Positions 61,455-64,000 of a stretch of DNA of 64,000 bases are shown here, one piece after another. Made by a program: the position numbers and the translations under genes. Source of the stretch: Octopus sinensis (Eukaryota); contig NC_042999.1 of assembly GCF_006345805.1 (NCBI RefSeq), positions 87,048,001 through 87,112,000 of the forward strand, written 5' to 3'. A model generated the notes under the pieces. It was not told the DNA's origin. It ran no database searches and was given only the letters and a program-made list of their open reading frames with translations. Position 1 is the stretch's first letter. Each line of letters begins with the position of its first letter.

Positions 61455-61830
61455 AGCTGTTTATCATCACCAATGTTTAAATGTCCACTTTTCCTTGGTT
61501 GCAGGAGCCAGATAAAATTTGATGAAGCAGATTTTCTATGGCCAGATGCTCTTCCTTTCTCCAACCCTTACCTGTTTTCAAGTAAGGTGATATTTTCTCA
61601 AGTCCTTCAAATACAACAGCCTGAAATGTTTACACAAAAATGAAAACACGCCTGGCCATTGTGTTGTTTGTGATGATCATCATTTACAATCAGCATGTGA
61701 TGTCAAGACAAATGGAAATGAGAAGATTTACAGCTTGTTTCAGTATCTATTTACCAAATCCACTCAAGGTTCCAGCCAGCTCTGCACCACAGAAAACACT
61801 TGCACAAGGTGCTCTGACGGATTGGCAAAC
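61455..61830 (-). mobile_element. RTE-tailed CORE-like SINE
   Basis: GCAGATTTTCTATGGCCAGATGCTCTTCC...CCTTACCTGTTTTCAAG...CCAAATCCACTCAAGG. Confidence 0.7.
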
Positions 61831-61849
61831 TTCTTAATCATACAGCCAT

Positions 61850-63660
61850 GCTTGAATAACTATAAATTTCTTCACTCCAAGCACAAGCAGAGTTGAGAAC
61901 ATGCAGGTGGATATTACCACTCAAGACTTGAAAATATAAAAGTGTCAGAAGAGGCAAAATCAGTAACAACATACCACATGCAAGTTTTGCTATAAAAGAA
62001 TAACCAGAAAAAGTTAGTGGAAATGGTGAAAAACATTCCTCTTCTGAAAATCAAATAGGAAAGCAATTCTTGATTATGATATTGCTACAGAAGTACACCA
62101 TCTGCTCTGAAGTTATGCCAAAGTCTGTTGGGATTGATCATATCAAAAGCTACCACAAAAATCAGCAAAATAAACACTGGTTGTAGGTAACACCCATTTT
62201 ATTCAAAGAATTCTTTATAACGTGAAAATTTAACCTGAATACCTACAAACTTCAAGTGTCTGAAGATGCAGATAGGAGGAAGAAGACTGTGAAAATCTTC
62301 AGAGCAAAGTGGTTGCTACAGAAAATTTTATCACATTGTGGGGGTATGACATGTCAAGATTAATCCAGTTCTCAAGATGTGAGAGATGACCATAGGAAGT
62401 AATTATATGAAATTATTAACTATTTTTTTTCTCTCATTCTAAGTTGGTGTCTTTAAAAAGTGGAGATTTTGATAAAGGAGCAACTTACTGAAGTGACTAG
62501 CTACAACATGATGACAATAAAAAATGTAGTTTTTGCTAAAAGAGTATTTCAACATGTAGTCTGTAAAGCAGTCAGTTGATGATTTTGAAAAAGAATACAC
62601 AAAGAACAAAAGTCAAAAGACTGCCGATTGGGAAATATGTGGTTCAGTGCTATTTACTAAATTGTGAATACATACACAAGAATTTGTAGAAGAAATTTAT
62701 AAGAATAAATGATCTTCCCTTAAAGCATTAGTACTACAAGAGATACAGGACCAATAGCTGTTACACTCAAAAAGAAGGATGTCATATAAATTTTTGCTAT
62801 CTTTAGCCAAAAATGAAATGTTTCAAAAAGAAAAAGAATGCAATTTAGAATGGCTCATGTAGAGAACATCTATGAGAATACTAAAAAAAGACATTTTCAT
62901 TGCTAGCTTTTAGATTAGAAAATGTGGCTGAAATTTCATGTTTAAGATTTTTTTAAAATAAAGAACTGATGTAAGTGCTAAATAAGAAAATCACAAGACA
63001 GGGCAGTAGTTCTAGTCAGCAACAGCAAAAAGATAAGGTTAAGGCATTAGTAATGAAGAAATTGACTATTAAGAGATATAAATAGAGAATAATTAATGTC
63101 ATCCATTGGCCAAACTCTGTAATTGCAACTTAGATTATCATGTAGATTTCACATCTAACTTTAGTAACTCATGAGCCTAAAATATGGTAATGTCAATACA
63201 AACAGATAATGAAATTATTGACAGTGTATTTTGCTGGTAATAATTAACTCTCCATGTGAAGGACAGATTTGTATGATACTTACACAAGAAGTGCAATGTT
63301 GTATTGTACTGAAATTTAGGCTTTCAAAGCTGAATGTATAATGATATGTGTATGAAAAAACAGTGCACAAACGAGCTAAGGAAGAAACTGAGTATAAAAG
63401 GAATCAGATGCAATGTGCAAGAGAGGAAACTGAGCAGATATAGACATGTCATGTATATGGAGGACAACAATTGAATATAGAAATTCAGAGTGATCCAAGT
63501 GGAAAGAGCCTACAGAAGACCAAAGAAGCAATGGTGAAAGCTGATCTAATGAGGTTGATTGGATTGATAGAAGACCACAAGTGATGAGACACTATACTGA
63601 AAAAGATCTGTCAACATGCAAGCATGAAAAAAATGAATGTAAAATTATGAAAATGTACCA
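61850..63660 (+). mobile_element. Highly degraded RTE LINE remnant
   Basis: The 3' part translates KLSIKGIRCNVQERKLSRYRHVMYMED (compare EKLCIRIIKCGVQERRLHWYG) and ends in a CATGCAAGCATGAAAAAAATG tail; the upstream part is barely recognisable. Confidence 0.45.
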
Positions 63661-64000
63661 AGCAGCTAATCAGTTTTTCAAGTGAAGTTTCCAGTTGTGA
63701 GTTACAATAACAAAAGACTTTCAGATAATCAATGAAGTTTATCATTGCTTTAGACAATGTTAAAATATACAAAATAACTGAACCTTTCAGGGATATTCTG
63801 GCAAGTTCTTCAAGAAAAATTCTAACAAAATCAATTAAAAGTTTGCCCTTTGATTCAAAGCAACTGCTAATATTTTCCAAAAGATTTAAAAGGTGTTAGG
63901 TAACTTGATAAATTTCATCTTTGTGTCAAGGCAGAACTCTTGTAGTAAAGAGGTAATGTGTCCCAGGAGATTCCATGTTTTACACTCCAAAAGCTGAAAA

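Overview
AT-rich, repeat-dense animal genomic DNA. The tRNA-derived SINE families, RTE/Tx1 LINEs and microsatellite load suggest Octopus or another coleoid cephalopod (inference from recalled repeat families, not a database search). The only host coding sequence I can support is the first coding exon of a Rap1 small GTPase on the minus strand (18560-18616, MREYKLVVLGSGGVGKSAL, clean AG/GT sites). No later Rap1 exon was found in 1-18559, so most or all of the window is probably Rap1 intron. The rest is transposon archaeology: a Tc1 foldback made of two 3' halves, two DD37D (maT) mariner-like elements, a near full-length decayed RTE LINE plus RTE fragments, a Tx1/L1-clade fragment embedded in a GATA/GACA array, CR1-like fragments, hAT and TTAA MITEs (one triple-nested), a Helitron-like element, many SINEs and two 1.1-1.5 kb compound microsatellites. 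Best leads: (1) a palindromic element joining a tRNA-Arg-like Pol III head to a decayed Penelope-type hammerhead ribozyme tail (41397-41896); (2) a 40-nt 3' tail shared by the youngest SINE copies and the Tx1 element; (3) a 250-bp GC-rich segment packed with short hairpins (2985-3235); (4) the Tc1 foldback. No CRISPR, rRNA or genuine tRNA genes were seen. The long ORFs in the supplied track are microsatellite artefacts. Boundaries of decayed repeats are approximate.
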